This document shows, piece by piece, positions 46,234 through 54,546 of a stretch of 58,103 nucleotides of DNA (position 1 is its first letter; the number at the start of each line of letters is the position of its first letter). A program made the translations under genes and the position numbers. This DNA comes from Bacillota bacterium (GTDB taxonomy: Bacteria > Bacillota > Clostridia > Christensenellales > SZUA-584), in the NCBI GenBank assembly GCA_023396555.1, contig JAEWWC010000058.1:1-58103 (forward strand), written 5' to 3'. Under the pieces are notes generated by a model. The model was not told the DNA's origin, searched no databases, and saw only the letters and a program-made list of their open reading frames with translations.

Positions 46234-46500
46234 CGCGTAGCGCCGGAGGGAGTGACCGCGCAGCAGCTGCGAAGTATCCCTCCCTCAGTACCTACGGTGA
46301 CAGCTCCGAACCGGGGTCCCCGAAAAGCGCAACTTTTTGGGGTGGTCGTTTGAGGGAGCCTTTCAGTCGCCGTAGCAAAAAGCCTTCTCCTTGAGGAGAA
46401 GGTGGCACGCAGTGCCGGATGAGGTGTCGAGGGTACAGTCACGGCGCTACACCTCATCAGTCACCTTCGGTGCCAGCTTCCCCTCGAGGGGAAGCCTTTT
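46210..46500. repeat. Cluster of GC-rich perfect hairpins (REP-like extragenic repeat array)
   Basis: There are two ~46-nt units with the same architecture: CCTCCCTCGGATGAGGGAGGTGGCGCGTAGCGCCGGAGGGAG and CCTTCTCCTTGAGGAGAAGGTGGCACGCAGTGCCGGATGAGG. Two more hairpins follow: GAGGTGT...ACACCTC and CTTCCCCTCGAGGGGAAG. Confidence 0.7.
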
Positions 46501-46545
46501 TATTTCCATCAAAAAAGGGACGCGTTATTGTCCCTTTGCGTTTGC

Positions 46546-47070
46546 CTATTTCGGCGGCTCCGGCGGAGTCTGCGTCGGCGGTTGCGGGTATTGCGAATAC
46601 TGCTGCGGCGGGAATTGCGGCGGATACTGCGGTTGCGGGGGATACGGGTAATACTGCGGCGGGTAGGCGGGATACGGAACCATCACGGGCTGTGGCTCAC
46701 GCCTCATTGCCATCACCGCGCCGATGATGAACAGCGTCATGGACGCTACGTTGAAGAAGGTAAACAGGCTGATTACCGCCGCGACGATCAGCATTGCGCC
46801 CGAAGCCATGTTCTTCCGCTTCACGATGATGCCGCTCACCGCCCCCAGCACGCCCGCAATGATTGCCGCGATGCCGAAGCTTAGGAATACCGCACCTGCC
46901 GTGTGGTTTCCTTCAATAACAGTTGCGCTGTCGATGTGCGGCGAGCTGTCATATGCGCTTTCCCACAGGCTGTCGTTCAGGAAGGTAAGTCCGCCGAAGC
47001 ACATGAATATACCGAACAGTATGGATATGGCCGCGCCGATGATGGCGAGCACCCTGCTTGTGTTGCGCAT
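46546..47070 (-). CDS. Membrane protein (about 4 TM) with a Pro/Gln/Tyr-rich C-terminal tail
   Basis: Start at the ATG at 47070, 8 nt after GGAGG. MRNTSRVLAIIGAAISILFGIFMCFGG..., with the tail PQPVMVPYPAYPPQYYPYPPQPQYPPQFPPQQYSQYPQPPTQTPPEPPK. Confidence 0.6.
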   Translation of the reverse strand: MRNTSRVLAIIGAAISILFGIFMCFGGLTFLNDSLWESAYDSSPHIDSATVIEGNHTAGAVFLSFGIAAIIAGVLGAVSGIIVKRKNMASGAMLIVAAVISLFTFFNVASMTLFIIGAVMAMRREPQPVMVPYPAYPPQYYPYPPQPQYPPQFPPQQYSQYPQPPTQTPPEPPK

Positions 47071-47261
47071 AATATCTGCCTCCGAAAGTATTTCTGTTCC
47101 AGTTACAGTATATACCATGACGGCAGCGGATTCAACATTTGCCACAAAACGCTCTGGCTCTATGGAACGCCACGCCTTATATCCGTAGCGGCTATAACCA
47201 TAATGCATATAACATCACCGCCCGTCGGCCCGCCACACCACGCGGCGGGAGTGTGCGCCGC

Positions 47262-47963
47262 TCACACGCCCTCAGGCTTTCGCTTCAGCCGGTAGTTGCG
47301 CCCCGCCTTGTACCCGATGCAGAAGCAGAACTGCCCGCACATATGCATGATGCGCCCGCCCAGCGCCTCGTCGTACCCGACGATCTCTTCCATTGACTTC
47401 TCGGACGTGAATATGGTGATGCCCCGGTTCACCACGCGCCGGTTGATCAGCTCAAAGGTGTGCTTTAAGTCCGCAGCCGTCGGTTCGTTCCGCATGAAGT
47501 CATCGATGTACAGCACCTCCGCTTTGCCATAGCGGGATAGCACATCGCCGTACGCCTCGTCGTTGACGGCGCTCTTCATCTCGTTCATCAACTGCTGAAA
47601 GGTGATGTATAGCGTCGTGCGCCCGCTGCTGATGAAGTGCTCGCATACCGCGGTACCCAGGTGCGTCTTGCCCGTCCCCGTCTGCCCGCTGATGTACAGG
47701 AACCGGCTGTCCTTCTGCGCGATGAAGTCGCGGCACAGCTTGAGCATGCGCTTCTGAAAGTCCTCCTTCGCCACAAAGTTGTCGAAGCGGAACCGGCTGA
47801 TGGAGTCCTCCAGGCCGGACTTCTTCAGCGCGATCAGTGAATGCCTCTGGGCGTCGCACGAGCATTTGGCATACATGTTCCTGCCGTTCTCTACCACCGG
47901 CACCAGCCCGGTATTGTTGCACTTGTCGCAGTGCATTGCGTTTTCAAATGTCAGCTCCATCAT
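47262..47963 (-). CDS. DnaC/IstB-like AAA+ ATPase (phage-type helicase loader)
   Basis: N-terminal Cys cluster CDKCNNTG...CSC, Walker A GQTGTGKTHL, Walker B LYIDDF. Confidence 0.8.
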   Translation of the reverse strand: MMELTFENAMHCDKCNNTGLVPVVENGRNMYAKCSCDAQRHSLIALKKSGLEDSISRFRFDNFVAKEDFQKRMLKLCRDFIAQKDSRFLYISGQTGTGKTHLGTAVCEHFISSGRTTLYITFQQLMNEMKSAVNDEAYGDVLSRYGKAEVLYIDDFMRNEPTAADLKHTFELINRRVVNRGITIFTSEKSMEEIVGYDEALGGRIMHMCGQFCFCIGYKAGRNYRLKRKPEGV

Positions 47964-48643
47964 AGCACCTCGCTGTATATGTATTCGATCACCTTGGGTT
48001 TATCCTTGCCCGGCGCGGCGCGCGCGTCCTGCTCCCATAGGCGCACGGAAGCCCGCCAGTCCTTCATCGGCGATTTGCCCACCATCCAACCCTTGGACTC
48101 GTAGAAGTCCATGAAGCGTTGTGCGTCCACGCCGCAGCCCCGCTCGGCGCAGTAGGCCTTCACGTCATCCAGCGTCGGCTTTTGAAAACGGGGTTTGGAA
48201 GTAGGGGTGTGTGTGTGCGGCCCGCCGCCGCGTATAAACACACTCTCCTTATCCTTATCCGTATCCGTATCCTTGTCCTTATCCTTATAGCTTATTTTGG
48301 GCTGGCTGTGGGATTCGGTGGGTTCCGTTGGGTTATTGCCGGTTTCTATGGATTTATCCGGGGCATCGCCGGTTTCCTCCGGGGCTTCGTCGCTTTTGGA
48401 CGGCCTGCCGCCTTTCATGCCGTTGGCGCGGTTGCGTTCACACATCGCCGTGTAATTGACGCGGTCGCGGTCCAGCTGTTTAGCCAGTAGCATGAAAGTC
48501 GCCTTGATCTGGCCTTCCAGCGATACGCTTCTGCCTTCCTCATGCGCGAACAGCCCCTTAATGAGCAGTCCGGCGTCCTCGTTGCTCATCGACTCAAACA
48601 CATCGCCGTAATCCCTGTACATCAGAAACGATTTCTTTTTCAT
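47960..48643 (-). CDS. Phage-type replication/replisome-organizer-like protein (DUF6291-like N-terminus)
   Basis: The N-terminus is FLMYRDYGDVFESMSNEDAGLLIKGLFAH. The C-terminus KPTLDDVKAYCAERGCGVDAQRFMDFYESKGWMVGKSPMKDWRASVRLW is typical of prophage replication genes. A low-complexity KDKDKDTDTDKDK linker separates them. Confidence 0.65.
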   Translation of the reverse strand: MKKKSFLMYRDYGDVFESMSNEDAGLLIKGLFAHEEGRSVSLEGQIKATFMLLAKQLDRDRVNYTAMCERNRANGMKGGRPSKSDEAPEETGDAPDKSIETGNNPTEPTESHSQPKISYKDKDKDTDTDKDKESVFIRGGGPHTHTPTSKPRFQKPTLDDVKAYCAERGCGVDAQRFMDFYESKGWMVGKSPMKDWRASVRLWEQDARAAPGKDKPKVIEYIYSEVL

Positions 48644-48879
48644 GGCATCCCTTTCATATTGAACGAAGCTTTAGCTGCCTTAGATGATGCCACAGAATTT
48701 ATTTCAGAACCGTTCAACTTTATTAAACCGGCGGATATTTCTGCGTACGGGGGAGGAGGGCAGACGAAAAGCCCCAACGGTGAACTGGGGCTGTCAGAGG
48801 GCATATACTCTGTAGAGGCCTATTCCACCCTATTCCACCGTAACCTTATACACTTAACGCCGCCCAAGGGAGGGTAAAA

Positions 48880-48896
48880 AATTATTAATAATAATT
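48880..48896. promoter_or_regulatory. PerR/Fur-family-like 8-1-8 palindrome upstream of rubrerythrin
   Basis: AATTATTA-A-TAATAATT is a perfect inverted repeat 11 nt upstream of the -35 box. Compare the PerR box TTATAATnATTATAA. Confidence 0.45.
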
Positions 48897-48907
48897 ACGA
48901 ATAAGTA

Positions 48908-48937
48908 TTGCCAAGTCCCATAATGTGGTGATATAAT
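48908..48937 (+). promoter_or_regulatory. Rubrerythrin promoter (extended -10)
   Basis: TTGCCA, an 18-nt spacer, then TATAAT preceded by TGA (a TGnTATAAT extended -10). Confidence 0.55.
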
Positions 48938-49016
48938 GACCGTGAAATTAAGGTTCCCGATAGAAAGCACGGCAAAAGGGAACAATCCAAAATAATAATA
49001 TGTAAATGGAGGTACG

Positions 49017-49511
49017 ATGACAATGAGCAACACACAGGACAATTTAATGGCGGCATTTGCGGGTGAATCCCAGGCGAACAGAAAGTATACGGCGTATGCT
49101 AAAAAGGCGGAGGCAGACGGTAAGCTGAACGCGGCCAAACTGTTCCGTGCGGCTGCGGACGCGGAGACCATTCATGCGCTCAAGCACTTCGACGTAGCCG
49201 GCAAGGTTGGCAGCACGGCAGACAACCTGAAGGACGCGGTGGCGGGCGAAACCTACGAATATAAGGATATGTACCCGGATTTCGTGAAGCAGGCGGAGGC
49301 CGAGGGCAACAAGGGTGCGATCATTTCGTTTACCGGCGCAATGAAGGCGGAAGAGGTGCACGCGCGGCTTTATCAGGAAGCGCTGGACAATCTGGACGCG
49401 GAAGGCGAAGTGTTCTACTACCTGTGCCCTGTGTGCGGCAACATCGAGAAGGCTGTTCCGGAAAAGTGCCCCATCTGCGGCGCTCCCGGCAGCAAGTTCA
49501 TCAAATACTGA
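49017..49511 (+). CDS. rbr: Rubrerythrin (ferritin-like diiron domain plus a C-terminal rubredoxin-like CxxC...CxxC)
   Basis: NLMAAFAGESQANRKYTAYA, EAETIHA-type and EEVHARLY diiron ligand helices, and the C-terminal CPVCG...CPICG. Confidence 0.9.
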   Translation: MTMSNTQDNLMAAFAGESQANRKYTAYAKKAEADGKLNAAKLFRAAADAETIHALKHFDVAGKVGSTADNLKDAVAGETYEYKDMYPDFVKQAEAEGNKGAIISFTGAMKAEEVHARLYQEALDNLDAEGEVFYYLCPVCGNIEKAVPEKCPICGAPGSKFIKY

Positions 49512-49528
49512 GCAGAGCGGCTTAAGCC

Positions 49529-50302
49529 ATGACGGACGGGAAACGGATGCCGGTGCTGTTCGCGGGGCACGGCTCCCCGATGAACGCGATAGAGGACAAC
49601 GCGTTTACGCGCGAATGGCGGCGCATCGGCGGGATGCTGCCGCGTCCGCAGGCGATACTCGCGGTGTCGGCCCACTGGTACGGTGAGGGCACGCGCACAT
49701 CGGACGCGGCGCAGCCGCGCATGGTGTACGACATGTACGGCTTCCCGCGTCCGCTCTACGAGGTGAAATACCCCGTGCCCGGCTCGCCGGAGCTGGCGAA
49801 GCGGGTCAAGGCGCTGCTGCCCGGAACGGTAACGGACAACGGCTGGGGCATCGACCACGGCACATGGTCGGTACTGGTGCACCTGTTCCCGGAGGCGGAC
49901 GTGCCGGTGGTGCAGCTGAGCGTGGATGCGCGTAAAAGCCCGCAAGCACACCTTGAGCTGGGGCGCGCGCTGGCCCCGCTGCGCGACGACGGCGTGTTGA
50001 TACTGGGCAGCGGCAACGTGGTGCACAATCTGCACCTGATCGGCTGGAACGTGCCGGGCGGCTTCCCGTGGGCGGACGCGTTCGACCGGTACATACGCGG
50101 GCGCATCGAGGAGGGAGATTACGCTTCAGTGGCGGATTACCGCAGCGCGGGTGAGTCCGCAGAGAAGGCGTTCTTCACGCCGGACCATTACTTTCCGCTG
50201 CTGTACGCGCTGGGCGCGGCGGACGCGGCGGATGGTCTGACGGTGTTCAACGACGCGCGGGTATACGGCTCCATATCGATGACGGGCTATCTGTTCCAAT
50301 AA
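49529..50302 (+). CDS. ygiD: 4,5-DOPA dioxygenase extradiol-like (class III extradiol dioxygenase, YgiD/LigB family)
   Basis: MPVLFAGHGSPMNAIEDN...AILAVSAHW...DHGTWSVL...LGSGNVVHNL. Confidence 0.8.
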   Translation: MTDGKRMPVLFAGHGSPMNAIEDNAFTREWRRIGGMLPRPQAILAVSAHWYGEGTRTSDAAQPRMVYDMYGFPRPLYEVKYPVPGSPELAKRVKALLPGTVTDNGWGIDHGTWSVLVHLFPEADVPVVQLSVDARKSPQAHLELGRALAPLRDDGVLILGSGNVVHNLHLIGWNVPGGFPWADAFDRYIRGRIEEGDYASVADYRSAGESAEKAFFTPDHYFPLLYALGAADAADGLTVFNDARVYGSISMTGYLFQ

Positions 50303-50318
50303 TGTGTATATATGAAAG

Positions 50319-50345
50319 ACGGGTTCGGCGCAACCCGTTTTTTAT
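50319..50345 (+). terminator. Intrinsic terminator after ygiD
   Basis: ACGGGTT CGGCGC AACCCGT followed by TTTTTAT. Confidence 0.7.
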
Positions 50346-50483
50346 ATGCGTTTTTCGGAAGTATTCTAAAATGAAGCATTCATGTTGGAGATAACGGTAT
50401 ATCCAGAAACAAGGACGGGATACGAGCCGTCTTTTATATTGAGCAGGTCATTTATTTTGAAGCACCGAAAAACGCAACGGAGG

Positions 50484-50513
50484 AAATAAAAAGCCGGCGG
50501 GAGCACCGCCGGC
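50484..50513 (-). terminator. Intrinsic terminator after LCP paralogue 1
   Basis: The minus strand reads GCCGGCGG TGCTC CCGCCGGC followed by TTTTTATTT. Confidence 0.7.
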
Positions 50514-50529
50514 CCTGATATACCGTAAA

Positions 50530-52506
50530 TTATCTGAAGTCCACGACGACCTCATTTTTGCTCTCATAGTTCACGCGCCAGCTGGGCAGGCTGATGGAGA
50601 ATAGCTTGCACAATGACTCAATGTTGGTTTTAACTGCTTCAACGCTGCCGGAGGACAATGAATCGACCTGATCCCGGCATTTGTGATATAGCGCCCATTC
50701 CGGTCCGTCGGGCAAATACTGGCGGTATCCCTTCGGTGCGCCAGAGGTGAGCGTTACGCTGCCCGCCGTGCCCGGCAATGCCAGCCTGTTCGTCAGCAGG
50801 ATGCCGGAGGAAACCGCTTCTTCGCCGGAGCTTTCCGTAGTGGCGGGCGGCGTCGGCGTCGTTACAGGCGGCGTCGGTGTCGTCACAGGCGGTGTGGGCG
50901 TCGTCACAGGCGGTGTGGGTGTTGTGACAGGCGGCGTCGGCGTCGTCACAGGCGGCGTTGTTTCCGTCGGCTCGGGAGTCGGCGTGGCCGCCCCGTATAC
51001 GGGCAGTTTGGCGTCCGCGTCCAGTTTGGCCTTCACCTTGGACAGCACGCTTTCCGCGCCCTTTCGGACAACGGGCAGCTGCATCCGGTTCCATTTCGCC
51101 ACAGCCGCTGAGTAGGAGTAGTCCTTGTATTTATCCACCTTGACGCCATATATCTTCTCAATCAATGCCACGCGCGCATCCTGGTCCGTCAGCACGAAGT
51201 TCCAGTTGAATATGCCGGCACAGGAGCGCCCGCCCATCGAATACATGCCGATGTCGTCGGGGTTCACGTTGTAGCCGAAAGCCGCCAGCGCCGCCGTCTG
51301 CGGCAGCGTAGTATTGGTGTACAGGTTGCCCTCAAACGCGTCCAGCAGATTGGGGATGCTCGCCAGCAGGCCGTTTGACTTGATCTTGTCGAATATGGCG
51401 ACCAGCATCTTTTTTTGCCTGTTGATGCGGTTGAGGTCGCCCGCCTCCGAGACGCCCTTGCGTACGCGCAGATAGTCCAGCACGGCCTGGCCGCTCATGT
51501 CCTGTACGCCCGCCTTATACGAACGCCCCTGCATCTTGAAGTCCATCTCCACGTCGAAGCCCTGCACGCCGCCGATTGCGTCCACCAGCCCCTTGACGGC
51601 GTTCATGTCTACCGCGTAGTAGTAGTCCACCGGTATGCCGCCCAGCATCCATTCCGCCGACTCACACACCTTCTCGAAGCCGCTCATGGAATACTTGTTG
51701 GCTTCTGAGGGCCAGCCGCCGCCGCAGTCGATGGATGCGTTCAGCTTGTATATGCCGTCGATATCGGGAATCTTAGCGTACGTATCGCGCGGGAGCGAGA
51801 TCATGTTGACCGCGCCCGTCACCTTGTTGACGGAAAGCACGATCATCACGTCCGAGTGGAACGCCTTTTTGCCGCTCCACGTATCGCGCTCCTCAGCATG
51901 GTCCACGCCGATCAGCATGATGTTAACGATGTCCTTCAAAAAGCCGGTATCGGCCTGCGCCAGCAGTACCTCGTACGGATCCGGCGTGGCGGTGGGGCCC
52001 GGTATGGAGGAATCCGACGGGTCCTTCGTGGCCTGAGAAGTGGGCGGCGGCGCCGTGATCTGGTCCGCCACTTGGTTGAACTGCGCCATCGGGTCGGTCC
52101 AGATGGACCAGGCCCATGCGCCCGCACCGATCAGCAGCAGCACGACAAAGCCCACGATGCTGAGTGCGACGATCTTCTTTGTGCTCCAGCGCTTGCGGAC
52201 CTTTCTATCCGGCTGACCGGTTGCTTCGTTCTCTGTATCCGCGCCAAATGTGAAAGGCTCACCGGGGGAGTCCTGTCCGGCGTCCGCTGCGGCGGCCTTT
52301 TTGCTGCTGCCAAACCATACGGCCTTCTTCTTTGCGGATTTCATACTGCCCGCACTGCTTTGCCCGACGGCGCTGTCTTCAGCGCTGCCGGCGTCCGTTT
52401 CATCCGGGCTGTTCTCCAGCCCATCGCCCGCATAATCCATACCCTCGGATTGCTGCTCGCCGTCGTGTCTGTCTTTCCTTCCGAACCACCAATTCTTACT
52501 CTTCAT
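50530..52506 (-). CDS. LCP (LytR-CpsA-Psr) family glycopolymer ligase, paralogue 1, with a Pro/Thr heptad linker and a conserved C-terminal domain of unknown function
   Basis: A cytoplasmic tail and one TM helix (IVALSIVGFVVLLLIGAGAWAW) precede the LCP core, IMLIGVDHAEERD...FHSDVMIVLSVNKVTGAVNMISLPRDTYAKIP...KLNASIDCGG. A (TPTPPVT)x5 linker follows, then a ~100-aa tail ending WRVNYESKNEVVVDFR. Confidence 0.85.
   Translation of the reverse strand: MKSKNWWFGRKDRHDGEQQSEGMDYAGDGLENSPDETDAGSAEDSAVGQSSAGSMKSAKKKAVWFGSSKKAAAADAGQDSPGEPFTFGADTENEATGQPDRKVRKRWSTKKIVALSIVGFVVLLLIGAGAWAWSIWTDPMAQFNQVADQITAPPPTSQATKDPSDSSIPGPTATPDPYEVLLAQADTGFLKDIVNIMLIGVDHAEERDTWSGKKAFHSDVMIVLSVNKVTGAVNMISLPRDTYAKIPDIDGIYKLNASIDCGGGWPSEANKYSMSGFEKVCESAEWMLGGIPVDYYYAVDMNAVKGLVDAIGGVQGFDVEMDFKMQGRSYKAGVQDMSGQAVLDYLRVRKGVSEAGDLNRINRQKKMLVAIFDKIKSNGLLASIPNLLDAFEGNLYTNTTLPQTAALAAFGYNVNPDDIGMYSMGGRSCAGIFNWNFVLTDQDARVALIEKIYGVKVDKYKDYSYSAAVAKWNRMQLPVVRKGAESVLSKVKAKLDADAKLPVYGAATPTPEPTETTPPVTTPTPPVTTPTPPVTTPTPPVTTPTPPVTTPTPPATTESSGEEAVSSGILLTNRLALPGTAGSVTLTSGAPKGYRQYLPDGPEWALYHKCRDQVDSLSSGSVEAVKTNIESLCKLFSISLPSWRVNYESKNEVVVDFR
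50846..50960 (-). repeat. 21-bp coding tandem repeat (about 5.4 copies) encoding TPTPPVT
   Basis: GGCGGCGTCGGCGTCGTCACA-type units, read on the plus strand. Confidence 0.85.
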
Positions 52507-52726
52507 GTGGGACTGCTCTTCCTTTGTGATATATGCTTATCCGGACAGGTTGTCGCGGTTAATGCCGATATAACAAACTGGTTTACACTGATTTAACATA
52601 AACTAATATAATACAAACTTTGGTATGTTTCCAACTGTTTTATCTCTTTATACCAAAAAAGTTTACACTTTGATTAATTTATTGCAGTATAAGACAGCAG
52701 AGGGAGGCGTAACCGCGGGGAATAGA

Positions 52727-52756
52727 TTAAGACCGGCTGTTCAAAGCCGGTCTTAA
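52727..52756 (-). terminator. Stable hairpin after LCP paralogue 2
   Basis: TTAAGACCGGCT GTTCAA AGCCGGTCTTAA is a 12-bp perfect stem 9 nt after the stop. The U-run is weak. Confidence 0.5.
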
Positions 52757-52764
52757 AAGGGCCT

Positions 52765-54546
52765 TTAGTTGAAGTCTACGAATATCTCGTTTTTGTTCTT
52801 CTCGTAGTTGACACGCCAGTAATCCTTGGTCACGGTAATACCGAAGGTGGCGCTGATGGAGGTGACGTCCGCGACCGCCTGATCGTTGGCGGCTTTCATC
52901 GCGCTGGTGGAGCCGCTGGCCGAGAGCTTTTCGCACTCTCTCACCGCCTTGTTGTATAGCGCCCAGACAGGACCATCCTCCGGATACTGCCGGAATCCTG
53001 ACGGTATGCCGGCGGTGTTCAGCGTAACGGTATCCGCGCGGGTACCTGTTGTGTTCGCCAGCCTGTTCAGCACCGCACCACTGTTTAACGCTTCGCCGGT
53101 GTCTTCCGGCGCGGGCGTGGGTGTCGCGGGCGGGGGTGTCGGCGTTGACGTTTCTGCGGGCGGTGGGGGCGTCGGTGTCACGGCGGGGGGCGTGGGCGTC
53201 GGCGGCGTGTATACAGGCAACTTCGCGTCCGCGTCCAGCTTGTCCTTCACCTTGGCCAGCGCTTTTAAGCCCTGGCTTTTAATGACGGGGGCGCGCATAC
53301 GCTCCCAGAGCCGGGTGGCTGCCGGGGCGGCGTAGTCCGAATACTCCGGCACGTCCACGCCGTATATCTGTTTGATCAGCTCCACGCGGGCCTTCTGGTC
53401 GGTGATGACGAAGTTCCAGTTGAATATGCCGTTATAATAACGGCCGCCCATCGAGTGCATGCCGATGCTGTCCGGCTCCACATCCATGGCGAACAGCGCG
53501 AGGCCCGCCGTATACGAGAGCGGCACGTTGGTGTAAAGGTTGCCGTCGAAGGCTTCGATGAGACCGGGGATGCTGGTCAGCAGCCCGTTCTTTTTGATCT
53601 TGTCGAATATGGCCACCAGCATCTTCTTCTGCCGGTTGACGCGGTTTAAGTCGCCTGAATCATCGATGTGTTTGCGTACGCGCAAATAGTCCAGCACCGC
53701 CTGCCCGTTCATGTCCTGCACGCCCGCCTTGTATTTGCGGCCCGCCATCTCAAAGTCCATCTCCACATCGAAGCCCTGCACGCCGCCGACGGCGTCCGCC
53801 AGCCCCTTGACGGCGTTCATGTCTACGGCATAATAATACTGCACCGGAATGCCGCCCAGCATCCAGCTAGCCGCCTCGCAGACCTTCTCGAAGCCCTTCG
53901 GCGAATATTGGTTGGCTTCCGTAGGCCAGCCGCCGCCGCAGTCGATGGAGGCGTTCAGCTTGTATATGCCGTCGATATCCGGTATCTGGGCGTACGTATC
54001 ACGCGGGAGCGAGATCATGTTGACCGTGCCTGTAGACTTGTTGACGGCCAGCACCAGCATCACGTCGGAGTGGAACGCCTGCTTGCCGCCATGCTTCACC
54101 CACTCTTCGGTATCGCGGTCCACCGAATGGTCCACGCCGATAAGCAGTATGTTGACGGTATCCTTCAAAAAGCTGGTGTCCGCCTGCGCCATCAGCAGGT
54201 CCAGCGGACTGGGCGTTGCTGTTGCGCCCGGCTCCATCGAAGCGCCGGGAGCCGCGGTCTGCGCCGCGTCAGGAGCCGGCGTCAGTTGATTGATCGCGGT
54301 GTCGAACCCGCCCATGGGATCGCTGCGGAGCGTCCAGTACCAGATGCCCGCGCCCGCCAGCGCCAGCACCACCACGCCGACGATGCTGAGGAGCACGATC
54401 TTTTTTCTGGTCCAGCCGCTGCGGGGCTTCGTTTTTTCACCGGACGGTTTCGCACTTGAGTCGTCCGCATCCAGAAAATCCAGCGTATAGTCGGGCACCT
54501 GTGCCGATCGGTTTGCGTCGTCCCTGATCTTTCTTTTCATCTTCAT
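52765..54546 (-). CDS. LCP family glycopolymer ligase, paralogue 2, with the same linker and C-terminal domain
   Basis: ILLIGVDHSVDRD...FHSDVMLVLAVNKSTGTVNMISLPRDTYAQIP. The linker is PPTPTPPAVTPTPPPPAETSTPTPPPATPTPAP. The tail reads GFRQYPEDGPVWALYNK...YWRVNYEKNKNEIFVDFN. Confidence 0.85.
   Translation of the reverse strand: MKMKRKIRDDANRSAQVPDYTLDFLDADDSSAKPSGEKTKPRSGWTRKKIVLLSIVGVVVLALAGAGIWYWTLRSDPMGGFDTAINQLTPAPDAAQTAAPGASMEPGATATPSPLDLLMAQADTSFLKDTVNILLIGVDHSVDRDTEEWVKHGGKQAFHSDVMLVLAVNKSTGTVNMISLPRDTYAQIPDIDGIYKLNASIDCGGGWPTEANQYSPKGFEKVCEAASWMLGGIPVQYYYAVDMNAVKGLADAVGGVQGFDVEMDFEMAGRKYKAGVQDMNGQAVLDYLRVRKHIDDSGDLNRVNRQKKMLVAIFDKIKKNGLLTSIPGLIEAFDGNLYTNVPLSYTAGLALFAMDVEPDSIGMHSMGGRYYNGIFNWNFVITDQKARVELIKQIYGVDVPEYSDYAAPAATRLWERMRAPVIKSQGLKALAKVKDKLDADAKLPVYTPPTPTPPAVTPTPPPPAETSTPTPPPATPTPAPEDTGEALNSGAVLNRLANTTGTRADTVTLNTAGIPSGFRQYPEDGPVWALYNKAVRECEKLSASGSTSAMKAANDQAVADVTSISATFGITVTKDYWRVNYEKNKNEIFVDFN

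Larger units (their letters stand above)
45098..48850. mobile_element. Degraded integrated-element patch (low-GC cassette, hairpin repeats, two phage replication genes; no integrase or structural genes)
   Basis: The composition breaks sharply by eye. The patch also holds repeat brackets and phage-type DnaC-like and organizer genes, and it sits between housekeeping clpB and rubrerythrin. The boundaries are approximate. Confidence 0.35.

Noticed and set aside
46155-46457. 100-aa minus-strand ORF and overlapping plus-strand ORFs (46391-46727) across the hairpin cluster
   Set aside because: The sequence is made of back-to-back perfect palindromic hairpins, and the ORFs have no RBS and an Arg/Ser/Pro/Gly-rich composition. 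I treat the region as a repeat element, not as coding.
45098-48850. Possibility of an intact prophage or ICE
   Set aside because: Only two replication genes and small orphan ORFs are present. No integrase, recombinase, terminase, capsid, tail or conjugation genes are visible, so I call it a degraded remnant only.
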